Source: Candidatus Eiseniibacteriota bacterium | Lineage (GTDB): Bacteria; Eisenbacteria; RBG-16-71-46 | Assembly: GCA_044223005.1 (NCBI GenBank) | Contig: JBGAML010000008.1 | Span: forward strand, 1,171-65,170 | Length of the DNA stretch: 64,000 nucleotides | Direction: 5' to 3' | Part shown: one piece after another, positions 36,778-45,388 of the stretch | Layout of the letters: each line of letters opens with the position of its first letter | How positions within the stretch are numbered: the first letter of the stretch is position 1 | Translations under genes and position numbers: made by a program | Notes under the pieces: generated by a model | The model's input: only the letters and a program-made list of their open reading frames with translations | Databases searched by the model: none | Told to the model about the DNA's origin: nothing

Positions 36778-38271
36778 ATGATCCCGTATCTCTCGCAGTC
36801 GCCCGGTTCGCGCCAGATGGCCGCGCCGCTCGTCCTGATCGCCGAGGACGACGCGCGCGTGCTCGAGCTGATGACGCTCGCCTTCGCCAACGAGCGGTTC
36901 CGCGTCGTCACGGCCGTGGACGGTGACGAGGCGATCCGCCGCGCGCTGGCCGAGCGACCGGACCTGGTCGTGCTCGACGTGCAGATGCCGCGCAAGAACG
37001 GGTTCGAGGTGTGCGAGTGGCTGCGGCACGACGCGGAAGATCCGTCGGTGCCGATCGTGTTCGTGTCCGCTTCCGGCGAGACCGAGGTGCGCATCGAAGG
37101 GCTCTCGCGCGGCGCCGACGACTTCCTGTCCAAGCCGTTCTCGCCCCGCGAACTGGTCGCACGCTGCCGGCGGTTGCTCGCGCGCTCGGGCGCGGCGCGG
37201 GCCGAACGCCAGCGGGCGACGTCGCTCGAGCGCGAGGTGGATCGCGTGCAGGAAGAGGCGCGGCGCGCGCATCGCGACCTCCAGCAGGAGCGGCGCCTGC
37301 GCGAGCTCGCGCTCGCCGCGGGCCGCGAGCTGCACGCGACGCTCGACCCGGACGTGCTCGCCGAGCGCGTACTGGTCGCCGCGCAGTCGCTGCTGGGCGC
37401 GCGCACGGTGGCGCTGCTGGCGCCCGCCGGTGACACCACGTACACGCCGCGCGCCACGCGCGGCGAACGGCCGGACGCGTTCGCCGGCCTCTCGCTTCCG
37501 GCGGGAGGTGAGCTGGCCACGCTGCTCGGCGCGATCGGGCGCCCGCTCGCCGCGCACGAGCTGGAGCGCGGATCGAACGGCCGCCGCGCGGAATGCGGGC
37601 CGCTCGCGTGCGCCGGCGTCGCGCTGGTCGCGCCGCTGCGCGGGACGCAGGGACTCGAAGCGGTGCTGCTCGCCGACGATCGCGCGGACGGGACGTCGTG
37701 GGGCGCCGCGGATCGCGACGCCCTCGGGCTGCTCTGCGAGATGGCGGCGAACGCGGTGCGGAACGCGACACGGTTCCGCGAGTCGCAGGAGCGTTCGCTC
37801 GAACTGGCGGCCGAGCACGCGCACGCCACGCCGCGGGCACGCGCGGCGGCGGCCGAGGCGGGCCGGTTCGCGGAGCGCGCCGCCGAGGCGCTGGCACTGC
37901 CCGAACGCGAGCGCACGCTGCTGCGGCACGCGGTGGCGTTCGGCCCGTGGACGTGGGGCGAGCCGGGGCGCCTCGAACTCGCCGGGCTCGAGCAGCGCGA
38001 TCCCACCGATCGCGTCCGCGAGCTGCGCGAGCTCTGCGATCGCGCCGAGTCGCTCGACGTCGACGCGGCCCCGACGCCCGCCGCGCGGCGCGCCGCACTC
38101 GTCGCCGGCGTCTGCGTGCGCTACCAGGTCGGCCGCGGTGGCGGCCGCAGCGTGCTCGAAAGCTGGCGCACGGCGCTCTCGTGGGTCGGACCGGCGCTCG
38201 ATCCGCCGGTGGCCGCCGCGCTCGCCGGCTGCCTCGAGGACCGGAGGCCGGTGCACGCGCGGGCGGCGTAG
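36778..38271 (+). CDS. Response regulator with a GAF-like domain and a C-terminal helical domain (possibly degenerate HD-GYP-like)
   Basis: In frame within listed ORF 36667..38271, from ATG 36778 (alternative ATG 36817). The receiver shows LVLIAEDD...VVLDVQMPRKNG...VSAS...SKPF. A coiled coil follows, then the GAF-like LHATLDPDVLAERVLVAAQSLLGARTVALL. The C-terminal segment LPERERTLLRHAVAFGPW lacks an HD dyad. Confidence 0.7.
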   Translation: MIPYLSQSPGSRQMAAPLVLIAEDDARVLELMTLAFANERFRVVTAVDGDEAIRRALAERPDLVVLDVQMPRKNGFEVCEWLRHDAEDPSVPIVFVSASGETEVRIEGLSRGADDFLSKPFSPRELVARCRRLLARSGAARAERQRATSLEREVDRVQEEARRAHRDLQQERRLRELALAAGRELHATLDPDVLAERVLVAAQSLLGARTVALLAPAGDTTYTPRATRGERPDAFAGLSLPAGGELATLLGAIGRPLAAHELERGSNGRRAECGPLACAGVALVAPLRGTQGLEAVLLADDRADGTSWGAADRDALGLLCEMAANAVRNATRFRESQERSLELAAEHAHATPRARAAAAEAGRFAERAAEALALPERERTLLRHAVAFGPWTWGEPGRLELAGLEQRDPTDRVRELRELCDRAESLDVDAAPTPAARRAALVAGVCVRYQVGRGGGRSVLESWRTALSWVGPALDPPVAAALAGCLEDRRPVHARAA

Positions 38272-38290
38272 GCGCGCGTCCGCGGAAACA

Positions 38291-38322
38291 CGACGGGGCC
38301 CGGCGTTCGCCGGGCCCCGTCG
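38291..38322. terminator. Bidirectional terminator hairpin between convergent genes
   Basis: 14-bp GC-rich stem CGACGGGGCCCGGC / GCCGGGCCCCGTCG around a GTTC loop. Confidence 0.6.
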
Positions 38323-38344
38323 CGCGTGGTGGAGGAGCGATCGG

Positions 38345-38959
38345 TCAGGGCTTCGCGGGCGCCGGGGCGGTGCCGCCGGCGGGCGCGCGCAGGCCGCTGA
38401 AGTCGACCTTCGGCACCGCCTTCGCCGCCTCGGGGACGGGATAATTCGGCGCCGGCTCGAAGTGGAACGCCCCGGCGAAGAGGTTCATCGGGAAGCTCTG
38501 CACGAGGATGTTGTAGGTCTTCACCGTGTCGTTGTAGCGCATGCGCTCGGTCGCGAGACGGTTCTCCGTGCCCGAGAGCTCGTCCATCAGCTGGCGGAAC
38601 GCACCTTCGCTCTGCAGCTGCGGGTAGTTCTCGACCACGACGAGCAGCCGCCCGATCGCGTTGTCCATGCCCTGCGCCGCCGCGATGCCTTCCTGCGGCG
38701 ACTTCGCGCCGGCCATCGCCGCACGCGCGTTGGCGATCTCGCCGAACACCGCCTGCTCCTGCCCGGCGGCGCCCTTCACGCTCTCGACGAGGTTGCCGAT
38801 CAGGTCGTTGCGGCGCTGCAGCTGGTTGTCCACCTGCGCCCACTTGTTGGAGACCTCGGCCTTGCCGGCCACGAGCTTGTTGTAGCTGCCCGCGACGCAG
38901 CCGCCGAGCCCCAGCAGGAGGACGACGACGATCACGAGTCCGATCACACCGGCTTTCAT
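38345..38959 (-). CDS. lemA: LemA family protein
   Basis: Trimmed from listed ORF 38345..39196 to ATG 38959, which has an AAGGAG RBS. One N-terminal TM is followed by SYNKLVAGKAEVSNKWAQVDNQLQRRNDLIGNLVESVKG...ENYPQLQS...RMRYNDTVKTYN. Confidence 0.9.
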   Translation of the reverse strand: MKAGVIGLVIVVVLLLGLGGCVAGSYNKLVAGKAEVSNKWAQVDNQLQRRNDLIGNLVESVKGAAGQEQAVFGEIANARAAMAGAKSPQEGIAAAQGMDNAIGRLLVVVENYPQLQSEGAFRQLMDELSGTENRLATERMRYNDTVKTYNILVQSFPMNLFAGAFHFEPAPNYPVPEAAKAVPKVDFSGLRAPAGGTAPAPAKP

Positions 38960-39008
38960 CTCGGGAATCTCCTTTTCGAAGGGGCCATGCCCCGGACACG
39001 GGGGCGAG

Positions 39009-39848
39009 CTACCAGCTCGCGCCGCCGCCACCTCCACCACTGCTGCCACCACCGAAACCGCCGAACGATCCGCCACCGCCACCGCCGCCACCGCCGAATC
39101 CGCCACCCCAGCCGCCGCCCATGCCGCCGCCGCCGATCCACGGGCCGTAGGCGCCCCAACCGCCACCGCCGCGACGGCCGCCTCGGCCGCCGCCACCGCG
39201 CGTGGCGTTCAAGACCACGATGATGAGGGCGAGAATGACCCATGCGGCGATGAACGCGAGCTCGAAGCGGCTCGGCCCCGAGCGCGGCGCGTCGTAGGTC
39301 AGCGCGTCACCCGTCCATTCGAGCGTGACGCCCTTCTCGTCCGCGATGCGTTTCGCCGTCGCGAGCACCGCGACGGTGATGCCGTCCGCTGTCCGGCCCG
39401 CGCGGATGCGCGGCACGAGAAGGTCGCGCAGCATGCGCGACTGCCAGCCGTCGGGCAGCGTGCCCTCGAGTCCGTAGCCGGTCTCGAAGACGACGCGGTG
39501 TTCCTCCATGGCGACGAGCAGCAGCAGGCCGTCGTCGCGGCCCTTCGCGCCGATGCCCCACGCCTTGAAGACGCGCACCTTGTACTGGTCGGGGTCTTCG
39601 CCGTGAGTGCTCGGGACCGTGAGCACGGCGAACTGGACGCCCGTCTTCCGCTGCAGCTGGTCGAGGTAGCTCTCGAGCTGCGCCGAGCGCTGCGCCCCGA
39701 TCACGGCGGCGGAATCGGTGACGTACCCGGCATACGCCGGGATGCCCGAGAGGTCCTCCTGCGCGCGGGCCGGGACCGCGAGCCACAGTGCGAGCGCGCA
39801 CGCGGCCACGAAACCCCACCGGCGCGCACTCGCGCGCCGAGCGTTCAT
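39009..39848 (-). CDS. TPM-domain protein (YgcG-like): signal peptide, TPM domain, TM, Gly-rich tail
   Basis: Trimmed from listed ORF 39009..40196 to ATG 39848, which overlaps the upstream stop (ATGA). Motifs: YVTDSAAVIGAQRSAQLESYLDQLQRKTGVQFAVLTV..., GLLLLVAMEEHRVVFETGYGLEG. The C-terminus is GGGGRGGRRGGGGWG...GGGGGGASW. Confidence 0.85.
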   Translation of the reverse strand: MNARRASARRWGFVAACALALWLAVPARAQEDLSGIPAYAGYVTDSAAVIGAQRSAQLESYLDQLQRKTGVQFAVLTVPSTHGEDPDQYKVRVFKAWGIGAKGRDDGLLLLVAMEEHRVVFETGYGLEGTLPDGWQSRMLRDLLVPRIRAGRTADGITVAVLATAKRIADEKGVTLEWTGDALTYDAPRSGPSRFELAFIAAWVILALIIVVLNATRGGGGRGGRRGGGGWGAYGPWIGGGGMGGGWGGGFGGGGGGGGGSFGGFGGGSSGGGGGGASW

Positions 39849-40600
39849 GGAATGCGCAGTCCGTCGATCTTCCCGACCAGCTTCTCGATCTGGACGAGGA
39901 AGGATCGATAGTGCTCGCGCACGGCGGCCGCATCCTTGGACTTCGCGCTCCGGCGCACGTGATGCGCCTCGAGCAGCGCGCGCGCGTCGAGCTGGTACAG
40001 CTCCGCGACGCGCTCGATCGCGCGCTCGGAGCTGGCCGGCGGATCTTCGCCGCGCAGCCGCAGCAGCGTGCGGTAGAGCGCCTGGAAACCGCTCGTGATG
40101 CGCGTGAGCACCTCGGCGAGCCGCTCGGGGCGGCCGGCCGACGCGAGGTACTCGTGGCGCAGGCGCAGGTGCTTGCCGCGCAGTTCGTGCTCGCACTGCA
40201 GCCGCAGCCAGGTCCGCGGCACGTCGACGCCCGCGAACACGTCCTCACCCTCGAGCCGCAGGTGGCGCTCGAGCAGGTCGAGCCACTCGATCGGGAACAC
40301 GTCGAGCGACTTGAGCATCTGGTCGCGCGTCATGAAGAGCGGGTCGAAGTGCGGCGCCTTGCGCGTGACCGGGATCGCGGCGCCGAGCCGGTCGAGCACC
40401 TCCGGTTCGAGTGTGCGGGCGACCACGAGCACGTTGATGCGCGAGTGCGCCGGGTCGAAGCCCTGCATCAGCGCGCTGCCGGTCAGGTAGGCGGCGAGGA
40501 ACTCCGGGCCCAGCGCGGTGCGCACGGGCTCGAGCCACTTGCGCGAGGCCGCCAGCAGCTCGGCGCTCGGTTCGACGCGAATGGAGGAGTGGGTGGACAT
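39845..40600 (-). CDS. Nucleotidyltransferase-fold protein with substituted catalytic motif, plus a helical C-terminal domain
   Basis: Trimmed from listed ORF 39845..40735 to ATG 40600 (MSTHSSIRVEP...). The NTase-like GS motif and strand read AYLTGSALMQGFDPAHSRINVLVV. The usual SDxD acidic pair is read here as SRIN. Confidence 0.55.
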   Translation of the reverse strand: MSTHSSIRVEPSAELLAASRKWLEPVRTALGPEFLAAYLTGSALMQGFDPAHSRINVLVVARTLEPEVLDRLGAAIPVTRKAPHFDPLFMTRDQMLKSLDVFPIEWLDLLERHLRLEGEDVFAGVDVPRTWLRLQCEHELRGKHLRLRHEYLASAGRPERLAEVLTRITSGFQALYRTLLRLRGEDPPASSERAIERVAELYQLDARALLEAHHVRRSAKSKDAAAVREHYRSFLVQIEKLVGKIDGLRIP

Positions 40601-40805
40601 GGACCCGACGATAGGACTTCCGTCCTTCGGGTCAAGCGGATCGCCCGCGAGAAGGTTCACGCCCGCAATTACGCGGCGCGTGCGCGCGGGGTTGCGCGCC
40701 TCGCAACTCCATGTCGCCGCCCGCTCAACGCGCACGCGCCCGGATCGCGACGCGGTTCTCCGTGCGGTGCGCGCGTGTTACATCCGCGTTTTTCGGGGCC
40801 GGAAC

Positions 40806-40834
40806 TTGACCCCCCGGGAGTCGGCCCGTACCGT
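40806..40834 (+). promoter_or_regulatory. Candidate sigma70-like promoter upstream of korAB
   Basis: TTGACC (40806-40811), a 17-nt spacer, then TACCGT (40829-40834), about 110 nt upstream of the korA start. The -10 element is weak. Confidence 0.3.
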
Positions 40835-40944
40835 CGCCCTTTCGCCGCACGCGTTCGCGCGCCGGAGGTGCGCCGCGCGGACGTGCACGGGCGCGCCCTC
40901 CATCGGCCACCGTCAGGAGCGGGCCGGAACCGGCCCGGACAGCC

Positions 40945-42741
40945 TTGGTCAACGATTTCAGCATCCACGTCGCCACCGTCAACGGATCCGGCAGCCAGAC
41001 CGCCAACAACGTGCTGCTGCGCGCGATCCTCCAGATGGGCATCCCGGTGAGCGGCAAGAACCTCTTTCCGTCCAACATCGCCGGCCTGCCGACCTGGTTC
41101 ACGATCCGGGTCAGCGAGAAGGGCTACATCGCCCGCCGGGCGCGCAACGACGTGCTCGTGGTGATGAACCCCGAGACCGCGGCCGACGACGTGGCCACGA
41201 TGGGCCCCGGGTCGGTGATCGTCGTCAACGACGCGATCAAGATCCCCGACGTGCCCGCCGACCGCTTCGTGCACCGCGTGCCGATGCAGAAGCTCATGGA
41301 GCCGATCACCACCGACGTGAAGCTGCGCCGGCTCGTGATCAACATGATCTACGTCGGCGTGGTCGGGCACCTGCTCGGGATCGAGGTCGCCGAGATCGAG
41401 CGCGCGCTCCAGGCGCAGCTCGGCAAGAAGCCCAAGGCGCTGGCGCTCAACCAGGCCGCGGTCACCGCGGGCGCCGAGTGGGCGAAGGCGAACCTCGAGA
41501 AGCGCGATCCGTTCCGCGTCGAGCGCCGCGACCTGACCGCGGGCAAGATCCTGATCGACGGCAACTCCGCGGGCGCGCTGGGCACGATGTTCGGCGGCGT
41601 CACGGTGGTGAGCTGGTACCCGATCACGCCGTCCACGTCGCTGATCGAGTCGCTGGGCGGCTACCTCGAGCGCTTCCGCCGCGATCCGCAGACGGGCAAG
41701 GCGACGTACGCGGTGATCCAGGCCGAGGACGAGATCGCCGCGATCGGCATGGTGCTGTCCGCGAACTGGGCCGGCGCGCGGGCGATGACCGCGACTTCGG
41801 GTCCGGGCATCTCGCTCATGGCCGAGTTCTTCGGCTACGGCTACTACGCCGAGATCCCCGCGGTCGTCTGGGACGTGCAGCGCGTGGGTCCGAGCACCGG
41901 CCTGCCGACGCGCACGGCGCAGGGCGACCTGTCGTTCGCGTGGAACATCTCGCACGGCGACACCCAGTTCCCGGTGCTGTTGCCGGGTTCGGTGCGCGAG
42001 TGCTTCGAGTTCGGGTGGAAGGCATTCGACCTCGCCGAGCGGCTGCAGTGCCCGTTGTTCGTGCTGAGCGACCTCGATCTCGGCATGAACAACTGGATGA
42101 GCGAGCCGTTCGAGTATCCCGACAAGCCCTGGGACCGCGGCAAGGTGCTGACCGACGCCGAGCTCGAGAAGATCGCGAAGTTCGAGCGCTACAAGGACGT
42201 CGACGGCGACGCGATTCCCTACCGCACGGTGCCGGGCACGAAGAACTGGAAGGGCACCTACTTCACGCGCGGTTCGGGGCACGACGAGCAGGCGCGCTAT
42301 ACCGAGAATCCGCAGGCCTACGTCACGGTCCTCGACCGGCTGCGCCGCAAGATGGAGAACGCGCGCACGCTGGTGCCGGCTCCGGAGGTGCGCGAGGCGA
42401 AGGGCGCCTCGGTGGGCGTGATCGCCTACGGCTCGTCGCACTGGGCGATGCTCGAGGCGGTGGACGAGCTCGCCGCGCAGGACGTGCCCGTGTCGTACCT
42501 GCGGGTGCGCGCGCTGCCGCTCTCGCCCGACGTGCACGCGTTCGTGAAGAAGTACGACCGCGTCTACGTCATCGAGCAGAACCGCGACGGCCAGCTGGCC
42601 GACCGGATCCGCACCGAAGTTCCCGAGTGCGCGGACCGCGTCAAGTCCGTGCTGCACTACATCGGCCTGCCGCTCGATGCGCAGACCGTGATCGACGGCG
42701 TGCTCGCGCAGGAGCGCGCGCCGCAGGGAGCCGCCCGATGA
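40945..42741 (+). CDS. korA: 2-oxoacid:ferredoxin oxidoreductase, fused gamma/alpha subunit
   Basis: 598 aa. The only in-frame start is TTG 40945. Motifs: VATVNGSGSQTANNVLLRAI (gamma-like) and GNSAGALGTMFGGVTVVSWYPITPST (alpha PYR domain). Confidence 0.88.
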   Translation: MVNDFSIHVATVNGSGSQTANNVLLRAILQMGIPVSGKNLFPSNIAGLPTWFTIRVSEKGYIARRARNDVLVVMNPETAADDVATMGPGSVIVVNDAIKIPDVPADRFVHRVPMQKLMEPITTDVKLRRLVINMIYVGVVGHLLGIEVAEIERALQAQLGKKPKALALNQAAVTAGAEWAKANLEKRDPFRVERRDLTAGKILIDGNSAGALGTMFGGVTVVSWYPITPSTSLIESLGGYLERFRRDPQTGKATYAVIQAEDEIAAIGMVLSANWAGARAMTATSGPGISLMAEFFGYGYYAEIPAVVWDVQRVGPSTGLPTRTAQGDLSFAWNISHGDTQFPVLLPGSVRECFEFGWKAFDLAERLQCPLFVLSDLDLGMNNWMSEPFEYPDKPWDRGKVLTDAELEKIAKFERYKDVDGDAIPYRTVPGTKNWKGTYFTRGSGHDEQARYTENPQAYVTVLDRLRRKMENARTLVPAPEVREAKGASVGVIAYGSSHWAMLEAVDELAAQDVPVSYLRVRALPLSPDVHAFVKKYDRVYVIEQNRDGQLADRIRTEVPECADRVKSVLHYIGLPLDAQTVIDGVLAQERAPQGAAR

Positions 42742-43817
42742 GCGCCACGACGACGCCCCCCGCGGGCCAGCCCACCAACCGCGTCGGCCTGACGCGCGCG
42801 GACTACGACGGCAGCAAGACCACGCTCTGCCCGGGATGCGGGCACAACGCGATCACCGGCGGCATCATCCAGGCCGCGTGGGAAGCGGGCCTCGAGCCGC
42901 ACCGCGTCGCGAAGCTCTCGGGCATCGGCTGCTCGAGCAAGACGCCGGCCTACTTCCTCGGCCACTCGCACGGCTTCAACGCCGTGCACGGCCGCATGCC
43001 CTGCATCGCCACGGGCGTGCACGCCGCCAACCGCGAGCTGACGCTGATCGGCGTCTCGGGTGACGGCGACACGGCCAGCATCGGCATCGGCCAGTTCGTG
43101 CACCTCGTGCGCCGCAACGTGCCGGTGGTCTACATCGTCGAGAACAACGGCGTGTACGGACTCACGAAGGGCCAGTTCTCGGCCACCGCCGACATCGGCA
43201 GCACGCGCAAGAGCGGCGAGGCCAACCGGCTCAATCCGATCGATCTCTGTGCGCTGGCGATGGAGCTGGGCTGCGGGTTCGTGGCGCGCTCGTTCTCGGG
43301 CGACCAGAAGCAGCTGCGCCCGCTGCTCAAGGCGGCGTTCGCGCACCGCGGCACCGCGGTGATCGACGTGATCAGCCCGTGCGTCACGTTCGCCGACCAC
43401 GAGGGCTCCACCAAGTCGTACGCGGCGGTGAAGGAGCACGACGCACCGCTGCACGACATCGAGTACGTGCCGTACTTCGAGGACATCACGGTGGACTACG
43501 AACCCGGCACCACGCGCGACGTGTCGATGCCGGACGGCTCGCGCATCGTGCTCAAGAAGCTCGCGGCCGACTACGACCCGACCGATTCCGACCTCGCGTG
43601 GCGCACGATCCGCGAATCGCGCGAGGAGAACCGGTTGATCACCGGCTTGCTCTACGTGAACCCGGGCACGCGGCCGTTCGACGTCGAGTTGAACGTCGTC
43701 GACACGCCGCTGGCGTCGCTGCCGCTCGAGACCGTACGGCCGTCGAAGGCCGTGCTGGACGAGCTCATGCGCGCCTACGCCGAAGGCACCGTGCCCGCGG
43801 CCGGCGGCGGCGGATGA
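42738..43817 (+). CDS. korB: 2-oxoacid:ferredoxin oxidoreductase, beta (TPP-binding) subunit
   Basis: This is the last 359 aa of listed ORF 40518..43817. The ATG at 42738 overlaps the korA stop (ATGA). Motifs: LCPGCGHNAI, GVSGDGDTASIG, YIVENNGVYGLTKGQ. Confidence 0.9.
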   Translation: MSATTTPPAGQPTNRVGLTRADYDGSKTTLCPGCGHNAITGGIIQAAWEAGLEPHRVAKLSGIGCSSKTPAYFLGHSHGFNAVHGRMPCIATGVHAANRELTLIGVSGDGDTASIGIGQFVHLVRRNVPVVYIVENNGVYGLTKGQFSATADIGSTRKSGEANRLNPIDLCALAMELGCGFVARSFSGDQKQLRPLLKAAFAHRGTAVIDVISPCVTFADHEGSTKSYAAVKEHDAPLHDIEYVPYFEDITVDYEPGTTRDVSMPDGSRIVLKKLAADYDPTDSDLAWRTIRESREENRLITGLLYVNPGTRPFDVELNVVDTPLASLPLETVRPSKAVLDELMRAYAEGTVPAAGGGG

Positions 43818-44593
43818 TCCCGGCCCGCCCGCGGCACGTTCCCCACGCCGTCCACCGCTGCGCGCGGTGGACGGCGTTTCTCTGCGCGCTCGCGCTGGCC
43901 GGCGCGGGGCCGGTTGCGGCGCGCGTGCGTCCGGCGCCGGGCGTCCCGTTCGCGCGCGTGCACACCGCCGACCGCCTGGTCGCGCTCAGCTTCGACGACG
44001 GTCCCGGCGCGAACGACTCGCCCGACTCGCTGCTCGCGCTGCTGGCGAGCCGGAACGCGCACGGCACGTTCTTCCTGATCGGCGAGGAGCTCGCGCGTCG
44101 GCCGGAGATCGCGAAGCGGTTGCTCGCCGCCGGCGACGAGATCGCGAACCACTCCTGGTCGCACCCGCGGCTCGACACGTTGGCGGCGCCGGCTCGGCAC
44201 GCGGAACTCGCGCGCTCCGATTCGCTCCTGCACGCGCTGGGGGCGAAGGGGCGTCCGCTCTTTCGTCCGCCGTTCGGTGCGTACGATTCGCTCATGGTGT
44301 CCGAGTTGCGGCGCGACCGCCGCACGGTCGCGCTCTTCGACGTGGATCTCGAGTACGACTTCCCCGGCGTCACGGATCCCGACAGCCTCGCGGCGCGCAC
44401 CGTGCTGTGGCTGGGGCCCGGCTCGATCCTCGTCGTGCACCCATGGTACGGCGGCGGCGGTGCGCAGCTCGCGGTGCTGCCGCGGATCCTGGACTGGCTC
44501 GAGCGGCTCGGCTACCGGATCGTCACCGTGTCCGAACTGCTCGCGCGCGCCCACGGCACCGCCGAGCCTTCGCTCTACCACCGCCCGGAGTGA
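43814..44593 (+). CDS. Polysaccharide deacetylase (NodB homology domain), secreted
   Basis: In frame within listed ORF 43379..44593. The ATG at 43814 overlaps the korB stop (ATGA). Motifs: ALSFDDGP, HSWSHP, LFRPPFG. An N-terminal hydrophobic signal-like segment is present. Confidence 0.85.
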   Translation: MIPARPRHVPHAVHRCARWTAFLCALALAGAGPVAARVRPAPGVPFARVHTADRLVALSFDDGPGANDSPDSLLALLASRNAHGTFFLIGEELARRPEIAKRLLAAGDEIANHSWSHPRLDTLAAPARHAELARSDSLLHALGAKGRPLFRPPFGAYDSLMVSELRRDRRTVALFDVDLEYDFPGVTDPDSLAARTVLWLGPGSILVVHPWYGGGGAQLAVLPRILDWLERLGYRIVTVSELLARAHGTAEPSLYHRPE

Positions 44594-44606
44594 GCGGCGC
44601 GGCCGC

Positions 44607-45002
44607 TCAGGCCTCGCGGACCTCGTGCGTGCGCGCGAGCATGGCGCGCGCGTCTGCGAGCCGGGCGCCGGGGACGAGCAGCAGGTCCGTGTCGTACGTC
44701 GAGAGCGCGAACACCGGCACGCCGGCCTCGGCGAGCGGCTGCACCAGCGCCACCAGAACGCCGGTCTCGTCGAACGGGATCGGTCCATCCAGCGCGAAGG
44801 CGCGCCAGTTCCGCTGCACGTCGCGGTCGACCGAGGGCGGCAGGTCGTACTCGGGGCAGACCAGCGAGAGCTCGTGCGGCGTGCGCGTCAGGCTCCACGT
44901 GGTCTGCGAGGCGTGGAATACCCATGCGGGCAGCGGTGCGTCGGGGGCGAAGCGGCAGATCGCGAAGCGCTCGGGCAGGAGCGCGAGCGTGCGGCGGTTC
45001 AC
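44607..45002 (-). CDS. ACT-domain protein (ACT_7 / CASTOR-like small-molecule-binding)
   Basis: C-terminal 131 aa of listed ORF 44607..45182. The GTG at 45002 overlaps the ferredoxin stop (GTGA). Sequence: LALLPERFAICRF...HELSLVCPE...WRAFALDGPIPFDETGVLVALVQPLAEAGVPVFALSTYDTDLLLV. Confidence 0.65.
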   Translation of the reverse strand: MNRRTLALLPERFAICRFAPDAPLPAWVFHASQTTWSLTRTPHELSLVCPEYDLPPSVDRDVQRNWRAFALDGPIPFDETGVLVALVQPLAEAGVPVFALSTYDTDLLLVPGARLADARAMLARTHEVREA

Positions 45003-45208
45003 GGGAAGACGATCTCGCCCTCGTCGTCGAGCACCTGGATCGCCGAACAGGGGCAGGATTCGGCCGCATCCATGACCTGCGCGGCGGGCTCGGCCTCGGG
45101 ATCGAGCACGACGGCGCGGTTCTTCGAGTCGAGCGCGAACACGCCCGGCGCGAGCTCGACGCACGTGCCGTTGCCGCAGCACTCGTTTCGCAGGATGCGG
45201 ATCTGCAT
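44999..45208 (-). CDS. Small single-cluster ferredoxin
   Basis: C-terminal 69 aa of listed ORF 44999..45331, from ATG 45208: MQIRILRNECCGNGTCVELAPGVFALD...AAESCPCSAIQV (CxxGxC ... CP pattern). Confidence 0.75.
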   Translation of the reverse strand: MQIRILRNECCGNGTCVELAPGVFALDSKNRAVVLDPEAEPAAQVMDAAESCPCSAIQVLDDEGEIVFP

Positions 45209-45388
45209 GAGGGAACCTGGCGGGGACGGGTGGGACCGAGGACGGAGTCCGTTCATCATGATGGGCCGACCCCGCGGCTGTAAAGGCTCCGCTCTGCGAC
45301 GCGAGTCGCGCCAGTGGCGGCGCGCACGCATCCGGGGCTACATTCCCCGACCGGACCCGTGCTCCGTACCCCTTTCCGCGAGCCTGTC

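Noticed and set aside
33468-38006. 1512-aa minus-strand ORF covering the whole chemosensory-like module
   Set aside because: Ser/Ala/Arg-rich low-complexity translation antisense to three + strand genes that have receiver, GAF, HAMP and CheW-like motifs, proper RBSs and stop/start coupling.
40518-43817. 1099-aa + strand ORF spanning korA and korB
   Set aside because: Only the last 359 codons (from ATG 42738) match the 2-oxoacid:ferredoxin oxidoreductase beta subunit. The preceding part is an out-of-frame Arg/Pro-rich overlap of korA.
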